Assembly (NCBI GenBank): GCA_964057225.1 | Contig: OZ059896.1 | Location: 11,842,001-11,906,000 of the forward strand | DNA: 64,000 bases | Reading direction: 5' to 3' | Source of the DNA: Auanema rhodensis | Taxonomy: Eukaryota; Animalia; Nematoda | Shown here: piece by piece, positions 45,001-56,703 of the stretch | How the letters are laid out: each line of letters opens with the position of its first letter | How positions within the stretch are numbered: position 1 is the first letter of the stretch | Position numbers and translations under genes: made by a program | Notes under the pieces: model-generated | Databases searched by the model: none | What the model was told of the DNA's origin: nothing | The model's input: the letters and a program-made list of their open reading frames with translations, nothing else

Positions 45001-48000
45001 AATTATAAAATTGTGGTAGAAATATAAAATTGTATAAAATATGAGATTAAATAAATTAGATGGAGTGAAATGGTTTAGAAAATACAAAATATTTAAATGT
45101 TTCAGTTTTTGAGCATCACAATATTGAAATTTAAATGTTTTTTAATGATTAAAAAGTTAAAAAATAAGATTATGAAATAGTGGTAGAATCATAAAATTGT
45201 TTAAAATATGGGACTAAATAAAATAGATGGAGTGAAATGGTTTAGAAAATACAAAATATTCAACTGTTTCAGTTTTTGAGCATCACAATATTGAAAATTA
45301 AATGTTTTTTAATGATTAAAAATTCAAAAATGAAATTATGAAATTGTGGTAGAACTATAAAATTGTTTAAAATATGGGATTAAATAAACTAGATGGAGTG
45401 AAATGCTTTAGAAAATACAAATATTTAAATGTTTCAGTTTTTGAGCATCACAATATTGAAATTTAAATGTTTTTTAATGATTAAAAATTTAAAGAATAAA
45501 ATTATGAAATAGTGGTGAAAATATAAAATTGTTAAAATATGGGATTAAATAAAATAGATGGAGTGAAATGGTTTAGAAAACACTAAATATTTAAATGTTT
45601 CAGTTTTTGATCATCACAATATTGAAATTTAAATGTTTTTTAATGATTAAAAATTTAAAAAATGAAATTATGGATTTGTGGTAGAAATATAAAATTGTTT
45701 AAAATATGGGATTAAATAAACTAGATGGAGTGAAATGCTTTAGAAAATACAAAATATTTAAATGTTTCAGTTTTTGAGCATCACAATATTGAAATTTAAA
45801 AATTTTTTAATGATTAACAATTTAAAAAATGAAATTATAAAATAGTGGTAGAATCATAAAATTGTTTAAAATATGGGATTAAATAAACTAGATGGAGTGA
45901 AATGCTTTAGAAAATACAAATATTTAAATGTTTCAGTTTTTCATCATCACAATATTGAAATTTAAATGTTTTTTAATGATTAAAAATTTAAAAAATGAAA
46001 TTATGGATTTGTGGTAGAAATATAAAATTGTTCAAAATATGGGATTAAATAAACTAGATGGAGTGAAATGCTTTAGAAAATACAAAATATTTAAATGTTT
46101 CAGTTTTTGAGCATCACAATATTGAAATTTAAATGTTTTTCAATGATTAAAAATTTAAAAATGAAATTATGAAATAGTGGTAATATATAAAATTGTTTAA
46201 AATATGGGATTAAATAAAATAGATGTAGTGAAATGGTTTAGAAAATACAAAATATTTAAATGTTTCAGTTTTTGAGCATCACAATATTGAAATTTAAAAA
46301 TTTTTTAATGATTAAAAATTAAAAAAATGAAATTATAAAATAGTGGTAGAATCATAAAATTGTTTAAAATATGGGATTAAATAAACTAGATGGAGTGAAA
46401 TGGTTTAGAAAATACAAAATATTTAAATGTTTCAGTTTTTCATCATCACAATATTGAAATTTAAATGTTTTTTAATGATTAAAAATTTAAAAAATGAAAT
46501 TATGGATTTGTGGTAGAAATATAAAATTGTTCAAAATATGGGATTAAATAAACTAGATGGAGTGAAATGCTTTAGAAAATACAAAATATTTAAATGTTTC
46601 AGTTTTTGAGCATCACAATATTGAAATTTAAATGTTTTTCAATGATTAAAAAATTAAAAATGAAATTATGAAATAGTGGTAATATATAAAATTGTTTAAA
46701 ATATGGGATTAAATAAAATAGATGTAGTGAAATGGTTTAGAAAATACAAAATATTTAAATGTTTCAGTTTTTGAGCATCACAATATTGAAATTTAAAAAT
46801 TTTTTAATGATTAAAAATTTAAAAAATGAAATTATAAAATAGTGGTAGAATCATAAAATTGTTTAAAATATGGGATTAAATAAAATAGATGGAGTGAAAT
46901 GGTTTAGAAAATACAAAATATTCAACTGTTTCAGTTTTTGAGCATCACAATATTGAAAATTAAATGTTTTTTAATGATTAAAAATTCAAAAATGAAATTA
47001 TGAAATTGTGGTAGAACTATAAAATTGTTTAAAATATGGGATTAAATAAACTAGATGGAGTGAAATGCTTTAGAAAATACAAATATTTAAATGTTTCAGT
47101 TTTTGAGCATCACAATATTGAAATTTAAATGTTTTTCAATGATTAAAAATTTAAAAATGAAATTATAAAATTGTGGTAGAAATATAAAATTGTATAAAAT
47201 ATGAGATTAAATAAATTAGATGGAGTGAAATGGTTTAGAAAATACAAAATATTTAAATGTTTCAGTTTTTGAGCATCACAATATTGAAATTTAAATGTTT
47301 TTTAATGATTAAAAATTTAAAAAATGAAATTATAAAATAGTGGTAGAATCATAAAATTGTTTAAAATATGGGACTAAATAAAATAGATGGAGTGAAATGG
47401 TTTAGAAAATACAAAATATTCAACTGTTTCAGTTTTTGAGCATCACAATATTGGAAATTAAATGTTTTTTAATGATTAAAAATTCAAAAATGAAATTATG
47501 AAATTGTGGTAGAACTATAAAATTGTTTAAAATATGGGATTAAATAAACTAGATGGAGTGAAATGCTTTAGAAAATACAAATATTTAAATGTTTCAGTTT
47601 TTGAGCATCACAATATTGAAATTTAAATGTTTTTTAATGATTAAAAATTTAAAAAATAAAATTATGAAATAGTGGTGAAAATATAAAATTGTTAAAATAT
47701 GGGATTAAATAAAATAGATGGAGTGAAATGGTTTAGAAAATACAAAATATTTAAATGTTTCAGTTTTTGATCATCACAATATTGAAATTTAAATGTTTTT
47801 TAATGATTAAAAATTTAAAAAATGAAATTATGGATTTGTGGTAGAAATATAAAATTGTTTAAAATATGGGATTAAATAAACTAGATGGAGTGAAATGCTT
47901 TAGAAAATACAAAATATTTAAATGTTTCAGTTTTTGAGCATCACAATATTGAAATTTAAAAATTTTTTAATGATTAACAATTTAAAAAATGAAATTATAA

Positions 48001-49527
48001 AATAGTGGTAGAATCATAAAATTGTTTAAAATATGGGATTAAATAAACTAGATGGAGTGAAATGCTTTAGAAAATACAAATATTTAAATGTTTCAGTTTT
48101 TCATCATCACAATATTGAAATTTAAATGTTTTTTAATGATTAAAAATTTAAAAAATGAAATTATGGATTTGTGGTAGAAATATAAAATTGTTCAAAATAT
48201 GGGATTAAATAAACTAGATGGAGTGAAATGCTTTAGAAAATACAAAATATTTAAATGTTTCAGTTTTTGAGCATCACAATATTGAAATTTAAATGTTTTT
48301 CAATGATTAAAAATTTAAAAATGAAATTATGAAATAGTGGTAATATATAAAATTGTTTAAAATATGGGATTAAATAAAATAGATGTAGTGAAATGGTTTA
48401 GAAAATACAAAATATTTAAATGTTTCAGTTTTTGAGCATCACAATATTGAAATTTAAAAATTTTTTAATGATTAAAAATTTAAAAAATGAAATTATAAAA
48501 TAGTGGTAGAATCATAAAATTGTTTAAAATATGGGATTAAATAAACTAGATGGAGTGAAATGGTTTAGAAAATACAAAATATTTAAATGTTTCAGTTTTT
48601 CATCATCACAATATTGAAATTTAAATGTTTTTTAATGATTAAAAATTTAAAAAATGAAATTATGGATTTGTGGTAGAAATATAAAATTGTTGAAAATATG
48701 GGATTAAATAAACTAGATGGAGTGAAATGCTTTAGAAAATACAAAATATTTAAATGTTTCAGTTTTTGAGCATCACAATATTGAAATTTAAATGTTTTTC
48801 AATGATTAAAAATTTAAAAATGAAATTATGAAATAGTGGTAATATATAAAATTGTTTAAAATATGGGATTAAATAAAATAGATGTAGTGAAATGGTTTAG
48901 AAAATACAAAATATTTAAATGTTTCAGTTTTTGAGCATCACAATAATGAAATTTAAAAATTTTTTAATGATTAAAAATTTAAAAAATGAAATTATAAAAT
49001 AGTGGTAGAATCATAAAATTGTTTAAAATATGGGATTAAATAAACTAGATGGAGTGAAATGGTTTAGAAAATACAAAATATTTAAATGTTTCAGTTTTTG
49101 ATCATCACAATATTGAAATTTAAATGTTTTTCAATGATTAAAAATTTAAAAATGAAATTATGAAATAGTGGTAATATATAAAATTGTTTGAAATATGGGA
49201 TTAAATAAAATAGATGTAGTGAAATGGTTTAGAAAATACAAAATATTTAAATGTTTCAGTTTCTGAGCATCACAATATTGAAATTTAAATGTTTTTCAAT
49301 GATTAAAAATTTAAAAATGAAATTATGAAATAGTGGTAATATATAAAATAGTTTAAAATATGGGATTAAATAAAATAGATGTAGTGAAATGGTTTAGAAA
49401 ATACAAAATATTTAAATGTTTCAGTTTCTGAGCATCACAATATTGAAATTTAAATGTTTTTTAATGATTAAAAATTTAAAAAATGAGATTATGAAATAGT
49501 GGTAATATATAAAATTGTTTAAAATAT
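1..49527 (+). repeat. AT-rich tandem satellite, 167-bp monomer (variants 165-175 bp), roughly 295 copies, forward orientation; begins before the window
   Basis: Monomer starts (GGTAG/GGTAA) fall at 1, 168, 343 and 510, giving spacings 167, 175, 167. The 175-bp form carries an 8-bp duplication (AAAAATTT). Near-invariant cores GATGGAGTGAAATGGTTTAGAAAA and TGTTTCAGTTTTTGA(G/T)CATCACAATA recur throughout. Hand count of a consensus monomer is 31 G+C in 167. Confidence 0.98.
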
Positions 49528-49548
49528 ATAATTTAAATAAATTATATA
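49525..49548. other. Satellite orientation switch with a perfect 11-bp-arm palindrome
   Basis: The sequence is TATATAATTTA-AA-TAAATTATATA. A forward monomer breaks after ...GTTTAAAATAT, and the reverse-complement monomer (TTCAATATTGTGATG...) starts right after the hairpin. Confidence 0.93.
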
Positions 49549-52500
49549 AATTCAATATTGTGATGATCAAAAACTGAAACATTTAAATATTTTGTATTTT
49601 CTAAACCATTTCACTCCATCTATTTTATTTAATCCCATATTTTAAACAATTTTATATATTACCACTATTTCATAATCTCATTTTTTAAATTTTTAATCAT
49701 TAAAAAACATTTAAATTTTAATATTGTGATGCTCAAAAACTGAAACATTTAAATATTTTGTATTTTCTAAACCATTTCACTACATCTATTTTATTTAATC
49801 CCATATTTTAAACAATTTTATATATTACCACTATTTCATAATTTCATTTTTAAATTTTTAATCATTGAAAAACATTTAAATTTCAATATTGTGATGCTCA
49901 AAAACTGAAACATTTAAATATTTTGTATTTTCTAAAGCATTTCACTCCATCTAGTTTATTTAATCCCATATTTTAAACAATTTTATATTTCTACCACAAA
50001 TCCATAATTTCATTTTTTAAATTTTTAATCATTAAAAAACATTTAAATTTCAATATTGTGATGCTCAAAAACTGAAACATTTAAATATTTGATTTTTCTA
50101 AAGCATTTCACTCCATCTAGTTATTTAATCCCATATTTTAAACAATTTTATATTTCTACCAGTATTTCATAATTTCATTTTTTAAATTTTTAATCATTAA
50201 AAAACATTTAAATTTCAATATTGTGATGCTCAAAAACTGAAACATTTAAATATTTTGTATTTTCTGAACCATTTCACTCCATCTCTTTTATTTAATCCCA
50301 TATTTTAAACAATTTTATATTTCTACCGCTATTTCATAATTTCATTTTTTAAATTTTTAATCATTAAAAAACATTTAAATTTCAATATTGTGATGCTCAA
50401 AAACTGAAACATTTAAATATTTTGTATTTTCTAAACCATTTCACTCCATCTATTTTATTTAATCTCATATTTTATACAATTTCATATTTCTACCACAATT
50501 TCATAATTTCATTTTTTAAATTTTTAATCATTAAAAAACATTTAAATTTCAATATTGTGATGCTCAAAAACTGAAACATTTAAATATTTTGTATTTTCTA
50601 AACCATTTCACTACATCTATTTTATTTAATCCCATATTTTAAACAATTTTATATATTACCACTATTTCATAATTTCATTTTTAAATTTTTAATCATTGAA
50701 AAACATTTAAATTTCAATATTGTGATGCTCAAAAACTGAAACATTTAAATATTTTGTATTTTCTAAAGCATTTCACTCCATCTAGTTTATTTAATCCCAT
50801 ATTTTAAACAATTTTATATTTCTACCACAAATCCATAATTTCATTTTTTAAATTTTTAATCATTAAAAAACATTTAAATTTCAATATTGTGATGCTCAAA
50901 AACTGAAACATTTAAATATTTGATTTTTCTAAAGCATTTCACTCCATCTAGTTATTTAATCCCATATTTTAAACAATTTTATATTTCTACCAGTATTTCA
51001 TAATTTCATTTTTTAAATTTTTAATCATTAAAAAACATTTAAATTTCAATATTGTGATGCTCAAAAACTGAAACATTTAAATATTTTGTATTTTCTGAAC
51101 CATTTCACTCCATCTCTTTTATTTAATCCCATATTTTAAACAATTTTATATTTCTACCGCTATTTCATAATTTCATTTTTTAAATTTTTAATCATTAAAA
51201 AACATTTAAATTTCAATATTGTGATGCTCAAAAACTGAAACATTTAAATATTTTGTATTTTCTAAACCATTTCACTCCATCTATTTTATTTAATCTCATA
51301 TTTTATACAATTTCATATTTCTACCACAATTTCATAATTTCATTTTTTAAATTTTTAATCATTGAAAAACATTTAAATTTCAATATTGTGATGCTCAAAA
51401 ACTGAAACATTTAAATATTTTGTATTTTCTAAACCATTTCACTACATCTATTTTATTTAATCCCATATTTTAAACAATTTTATATATTACCACTATTTCA
51501 TAATTTCATTTTTAAATTTTTAATCATTGAAAAACATTTAAATTTCAATATTGTGATGCTCAAAAACTGAAACATTTAAATATTTTGTATTTTCTAAAGC
51601 ATTTCACTCCATCTAGTTTATTTAATCCCATATTTTAAACAATTTTATATTTCTACCACAAATCCATAATTTCATTTTTTAAATTTTTAATCATTAAAAA
51701 ACATTTATATTTCAATATTGTGATGATCAAAAACTGAAACATTTAAATATTTTGTATTTTCTAAACCATTTCACTCCATCTATTTTATTTAATCCCATAT
51801 TTTAAACAATTTTATATATTACCACTATTTCATAATTTCATTTTTAAATTTTAATCATTGAAAAACATTTAAATTTCAATATTGTGATGCTCAAAAACTG
51901 AAACATTTAAATATTTTGTATTTTCTAAAGCATTTCACTCCATCTAGTTTATTTAATCCCATATTTTGAACAATTTTATATTTCTACCACAAATCCATAA
52001 TTTCATTTTTTAAATTTTTAATCATTAAAAAACATTTAAATTTCAATATTGTGATGATGAAAAACTGAAACATTTAAATATTTGTATTTTCTAAAGCATT
52101 TCACTCCATCTAGTTTATTTAATCCCATATTTTAAACAATTTTATGATTCTACCACTATTTTATAATTTCATTTTTTAAATTTTTAATCATTAAAAAACA
52201 TTTAAATTTCAATATTGTGATGAGCAAAAACTGAAACATTTAAATATTTTGTATTTTCTAAACCATTTCACTCCATCTATTTTATTTAATCCCATATTTT
52301 AACAATTTTATATTTTCACCACTATTTCATAATTTTATTCTTTAAATTTTTAATCATTAAAAAACATTTAAATTTCAATATTGTGATGCTCAAAAACTGA
52401 AACATTTAAATATTTGTATTTTCTAAAGCATTTCACTCCATCTAGTTTATTTAATCCCATATTTTAAACAATTTTATAGTTCTACCACAATTTCATAATT

Positions 52501-53819
52501 TCATTTTTGAATTTTTAATCATTAAAAAACATTTAATTTTCAATATTGTGATGCTCAAAAACTGAAACAGTTGAATATTTTGTATTTTCTAAACCATTTC
52601 ACTCCATCTATTTTATTTAATCCCATATTTTAAACAATTTTATGATTCTACCACTATTTTATAATTTCATTTTTTAAATTTTTAATCATTAAAAAACATT
52701 TAAATTTCAATATTGTGATGCTCAAAAACTGAAACATTTAAATATTTTGTATTTTCTAAACCATTTCACTCCATCTAATTTATTTAATCTCATATTTTAT
52801 ACAATTTTATATTTCTACCACAATTTTATAATTTCATTTTTAAATTTTTAATCATTGAAAAACATTTAAATTTCAATATTGTGATGCTCAAAAACTGAAA
52901 CATTTAAATATTTTGTATTTTCTAAAGCATTTCACTCCATCTAGTTTATTTAATCCCATATTTTAAACAGTTTTATATTTCTACCACAATTTTATAATTT
53001 CATTTTTAAATTTTTAATCATTGAAAAACATTTAAATTTCAATATTGTGATGATCAAAAACTGAAACATTTAAATATTTTGTATTTTCTAAACCATTTCA
53101 CTCCATCTATTTTATTTAATCCCATATTTTAAACAATTTTATATATTACCACTATTTCATAATCTCATTTTTTAAATTTTTAATCATTAAAAAACATTTA
53201 AATTTCAATATTGTGATGCTCAAAAACTGAAACATTTAAATATTTGTATTTTCTAAAGCATTTCACTCCATCTAGTTTATTTAATCCCATATTTTAAACA
53301 ATTTTATATTTCTACCACAATTTCATAATTTCATTTTTTAAATTTTTAATCATTAAAAAACATTTAAATTTCAATATTGTGATGCTCAAAAACTGAAACA
53401 TTTAAATATTCTGTAATTTCTAAACCATTTCACTCCATCTCTTTTATTTAATTCCATATTTTAAACAATTTTATATTTCTACCACAATTTCATAATTATA
53501 TTTTTTGAATTTTTAATCATTAAAAACATTTAAATTTCAATATTGTGATGCTCAAAAACTGAAACATTTAAATATTCTGTAATTTCTGAACCATTTCACT
53601 CCATCTCTTTTATTTAATTCCATATTTTAAACAATTTTATATTTCTACCACAATTTCATAATCTCATTTTTTAAATTTTTAATCATTAAAAAACATTTAA
53701 ATTTCAATATTGTGATGCTCAAAAACTGAAACATTTAAATATTCTGTAATTTCTGAACCATTTCACTCCATCTCTTTTATTTAATTCCATATTTTAAACA
53801 ATTTTATATTTTTACCGCT
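49549..53819 (-). repeat. Same 167-bp satellite, inverted orientation, about 25 copies
   Basis: Reverse-complement cores TTTTCTAAACCATTTCACTCCATC and ATATTGTGATGCTCAAAAACTGAAACA repeat at ~167-bp spacing. Confidence 0.97.
53815..53819. repeat. Left target-site duplication (CCGCT)
   Basis: CCGCT directly precedes the TGTCG start of the element and is repeated at 60191-60195. Removing the element and one copy restores the satellite sequence TTTACCGCTATTTCATAAT. Confidence 0.95.
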
Positions 53820-54352
53820 TGTCGTTTTGTCCTCTAGTTGGAGAGCGAATAACGGGCATTTGTGGTTCAGTAGTAGTGGAATATTAGTCCAAGTAATAGG
53901 CAATAGACGCGAGTACAAGAGAAGAGTTTATTATCGGCAATACGAATACAATACGAGTAAAATAGAAATAAATTGACGGGAAGATGATAGCGGTGGCAGA
54001 ATGATATTGAGACATGATTTAGAAGAATTATTGCGGGTTTATATACTAGGTCCCCGGAAGTGATAGATAATGTATTAATTGTAGAAGGCGAGAGGAGGGG
54101 TCTAAATCCTACGTGATTCATCCCCCTTGCAAGTGGGCGACGGCTATCGCGCCTAAGATCTTGCCTAATGGATCAGATGGCAAAGGGCGATAGGTGATTC
54201 ATCGGCAAATCGGCCGTTGGTGACAACTTACAGGATTATCGATTAGATAGTTGAGGATAATGGATAGTATAAAGAGAGGACAATAAAGAAGTACAATTGA
54301 ACTTAAACTAAGGAGGAACACTATTATCACGGGATGAGAGTGCTTCAGCACA
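53820..54352 (-). repeat. 3' LTR (533 bp)
   Basis: Matches 59658-60190 at offset 5838, except 53872 A vs 59710 G and 54340 G vs 60178 A (manual comparison). Confidence 0.96.
53927..53932 (-). terminator. Putative polyadenylation signal AATAAA in the 3' LTR (equivalent site 59765-59770 in the 5' LTR)
   Basis: TTTATT on + reads AATAAA on the element strand, ~105 nt downstream of the TATA box, which fits a U3-R-U5 layout. Confidence 0.6.
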
Positions 54353-54360
54353 CTCCGGCC
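54353..54360 (-). promoter_or_regulatory. Short PPT-like plus-strand primer site (GGCCGGAG)
   Basis: G-rich GGCCGGAG directly abuts the TGT start of the 3' LTR on the element strand. It is short and interrupted by Cs, so the call rests mainly on position. Confidence 0.55.
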
Positions 54361-54376
54361 GTCGAGAAGAGAACAT

Positions 54377-55129
54377 CTATATGGTGATGATCGCCGCCTG
54401 AGTCTTGTTCCTCTTAGTGGGTAGAATTTCTTGTTCCATTTCTTTTCTAGTCTTGATCCTACCGGTAGTCTGCGTTTCCTTAGACACTCTAGGCTTGGCT
54501 TGGATCCCTTTCGCTAGTAGTTCCTTGATCTCTTTCAGTTCTTTCTTTAGCCAGTCGATTTTCTTTTGTTGGTCGAGCTGTTCGATTAGCACTGAGGTCA
54601 TCCTTTTGTTCTCCGATCTCATCTGTTTTAGTTCTTCCAATATTTCTTTGAGCTCCGGCTGCGCTTCTACGACGATGATGTTTCCCTTGGGTTGAGGACA
54701 TCCTGGCGCTTCTCCGTCCTTTTTGATGGTAGAGGAGTTGTACGGCATTTTGTCTCCGTTTATCGCTGGGATGTGTTCCCTTTGGATACTCTTCATCAAC
54801 TCGTTTAGTCTTCTCTCGTTTCCAAAAGGTTTGAGCTTGTCTTGCTCATTTTGGAACACGTGGTGTGTTCTTGCGGTGCTAAGGAAATCTTTGAGTCTTA
54901 TGAAGTTTTTTAAGGCAGTGGCGGCGCTGTTGATGAGATTGGATTTGTCAGAGAGTTCACTTGCCTCAGTTTTGTAAAAATCCCTGAGTGATTGGTCCAT
55001 GTGCTGTGTGAGTTCCTTCAAGCATTCAATCCGTTTCTCTCTTGTGAGCTTCAGAAACGAGTCGCATCTTTCTTGTGATCTTTGCAAGACCAGGTTGATT
55101 TCGCAGGCTCTAGTGCTGGCGAGTGACAT
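54377..55129 (-). CDS. Unknown ~250-aa helical/coiled-coil accessory protein, in frame with the Gc C-terminus
   Basis: C-terminal part of ORF 54377..55741 from MSLASTRACEIN to the stop 24 nt before the LTR. It is uninterrupted, charged and heptad-rich (ELKEILEELKQMRSEN, LKKELKEIKELLAKG) and contains KETQT. I recognise no family. Confidence 0.65.
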   Translation of the reverse strand: MSLASTRACEINLVLQRSQERCDSFLKLTREKRIECLKELTQHMDQSLRDFYKTEASELSDKSNLINSAATALKNFIRLKDFLSTARTHHVFQNEQDKLKPFGNERRLNELMKSIQREHIPAINGDKMPYNSSTIKKDGEAPGCPQPKGNIIVVEAQPELKEILEELKQMRSENKRMTSVLIEQLDQQKKIDWLKKELKEIKELLAKGIQAKPRVSKETQTTGRIKTRKEMEQEILPTKRNKTQAAIITI

Positions 55130-55159
55130 AGTGAATAGAATGAATACTACTAGGATGTG

Positions 55160-56703
55160 AGTTTTCCTTGACTTTAGGAGAAGGAGCTGGCGCCAAAAAA
55201 TGATAAAGACGCGGAGGGGAATGAGAAAGATGTAACATGTTGCGGCAGCCATGTAGTGGGCGGTGCCTAGTGCCAGTCTGGTAGCGTATGTTGTAATGAT
55301 GTAATAGGAAAAGGTAAAAGCGATTATGGCAATGAGTAGACAGGTTGCTAATGCTTTGTACCATTCCTGATAGATGTTGTAAAAGTGAGTAATGTCGGGC
55401 CAAGAAAAGGTGAAGGCTGTTTCTTGGAGAGACGAGTGATTCCCGAGTATGTAATGAGAGCGTAGGTCTTGAAGTGTGTTGACGTAGTACAGCATTCCTG
55501 AGAGGAGGAATGTGTTTTCTTGTGTTCCGCAGGTGTATGCGCATGTGATCCTAGGTGAGGCTGAGGTGATAGGCAGCTGGATGGAGTTGGTTGTTCCTTG
55601 TGGACTGCATTGTGTCATGAATGCGGATTCACCACATTGTATAGCTCCAGAGTTGGTTGAGGTGAAGTACATGTGATACTTGCTTGGGCTCCTCGGTTGC
55701 AGTTGTAACATCCGGTTAATGGTGAATCCTGAATGTTGCAATGTGTGGAGTCTTGAGATGAGGAAGTGTGGAATTCCCCGTCGATTTTGATGTGGATTAC
55801 AGTTAACATGTTGCTGTTAATGTTGATCCGTAAGTTTCTTTCCTCGTTCATGATCATGTAAGAGGGTGTTAGCATTGGAATAGCTGATTGTACGTTGGTA
55901 AAGGCTGAGGTGATGGATGTTTCGTGGCACTGGCAGTTGACCTGGTCTTCTGCCGGTGTGCAAACGCAGGTGGGTGTGGCGTTACAGTTCATGTTTATAG
56001 CGTCTCTTCTGCTCGGGCATGAGAGCATGGGTTGTTGATTCCATATAGCTGTTCTTGCAAGGTTGCGGATGAATTTGTATTGCATCGCAGGTATGACTGG
56101 CGGTGAGAGACTTGTAATAGTTAGCGTGAATGGATATATGTGCTTCGGAACGTCAGAGTATAGAGTGACGTTTTTGGAGATGGTGGTTGATCCGTTTCGG
56201 TATGTTAGGCTGAGGTCCGTTGTAGGTGTCCAAGAGTTGCAGTCGTATACTTCATATATCGAGGTATCAGTCGGCTTCTGGTAGGTCCTGTAGAAAAGAC
56301 ATCCTGATGAAGGGTAAAAACATCCGCATCCTATGCCACCACAGGATTCTGTGCAGTGTGTTGTTCCTGGGTACTGGTTAGCTATGTGAAGTTCGCTGAC
56401 AGTTGAGTTTGGGGTGATGTTGCTTCATTTTTCTTCTTGGCATGATCCAGTGTGTGGGCATCTTTTGCTGTCTTGTACGTGAGTCTTTGATTCTCTTGTG
56501 AAGTAAAGGGACCGAGTCTCACACTTGTAGTTGGTTTTGATCCACTGTATTCTCAAGAAAGAGATATTGTCTTGATTGTTTGATAATGTGAGGCAGGCTT
56601 CTTGAGTGTATGGACTGATGTTGAGATTATGCGTGGTTTGTATGTGGCATTTCTCTTGGATGCAAGTGGACTGTTCGGAGGATGTGATCGCGAGTTCTTG
56701 GCA
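55160..56703 (-). pseudogene. env: Env: phlebovirus Gc-like class II fusion glycoprotein, disrupted
   Basis: Starts at VTFS|CQEL. Contains KRCPHTGSC, the fusion-loop motif CTESCGGIGCGCFYPSSGCLFYR (56287-56355), LTGCYNCNRGA and a C-terminal TM segment ALATCLLIAIIAFTFSYYII. There is an in-frame TGA at 56425-56427 (probably a former Cys) and a frameshift near 55650. Pieced together from ORFs 56425..56925, 55615..56085 and 54377..55741. Confidence 0.9.

Noticed and set aside
1-49527. CRISPR-like array
   Set aside because: The repeats are contiguous with no unique spacers, there are no cas genes, and the context is eukaryotic satellite.
53867-54121. 84-aa ORF, duplicated at 59705..59959
   Set aside because: It lies wholly within the LTRs across the TATA and polyA signals and has no recognisable motif. 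The duplication only reflects LTR identity.
56425-56427. Programmed readthrough or selenocysteine at the TGA in Gc
   Set aside because: A single TGY>TGA change in an element with several other lesions is simpler, and there is no supporting signal.
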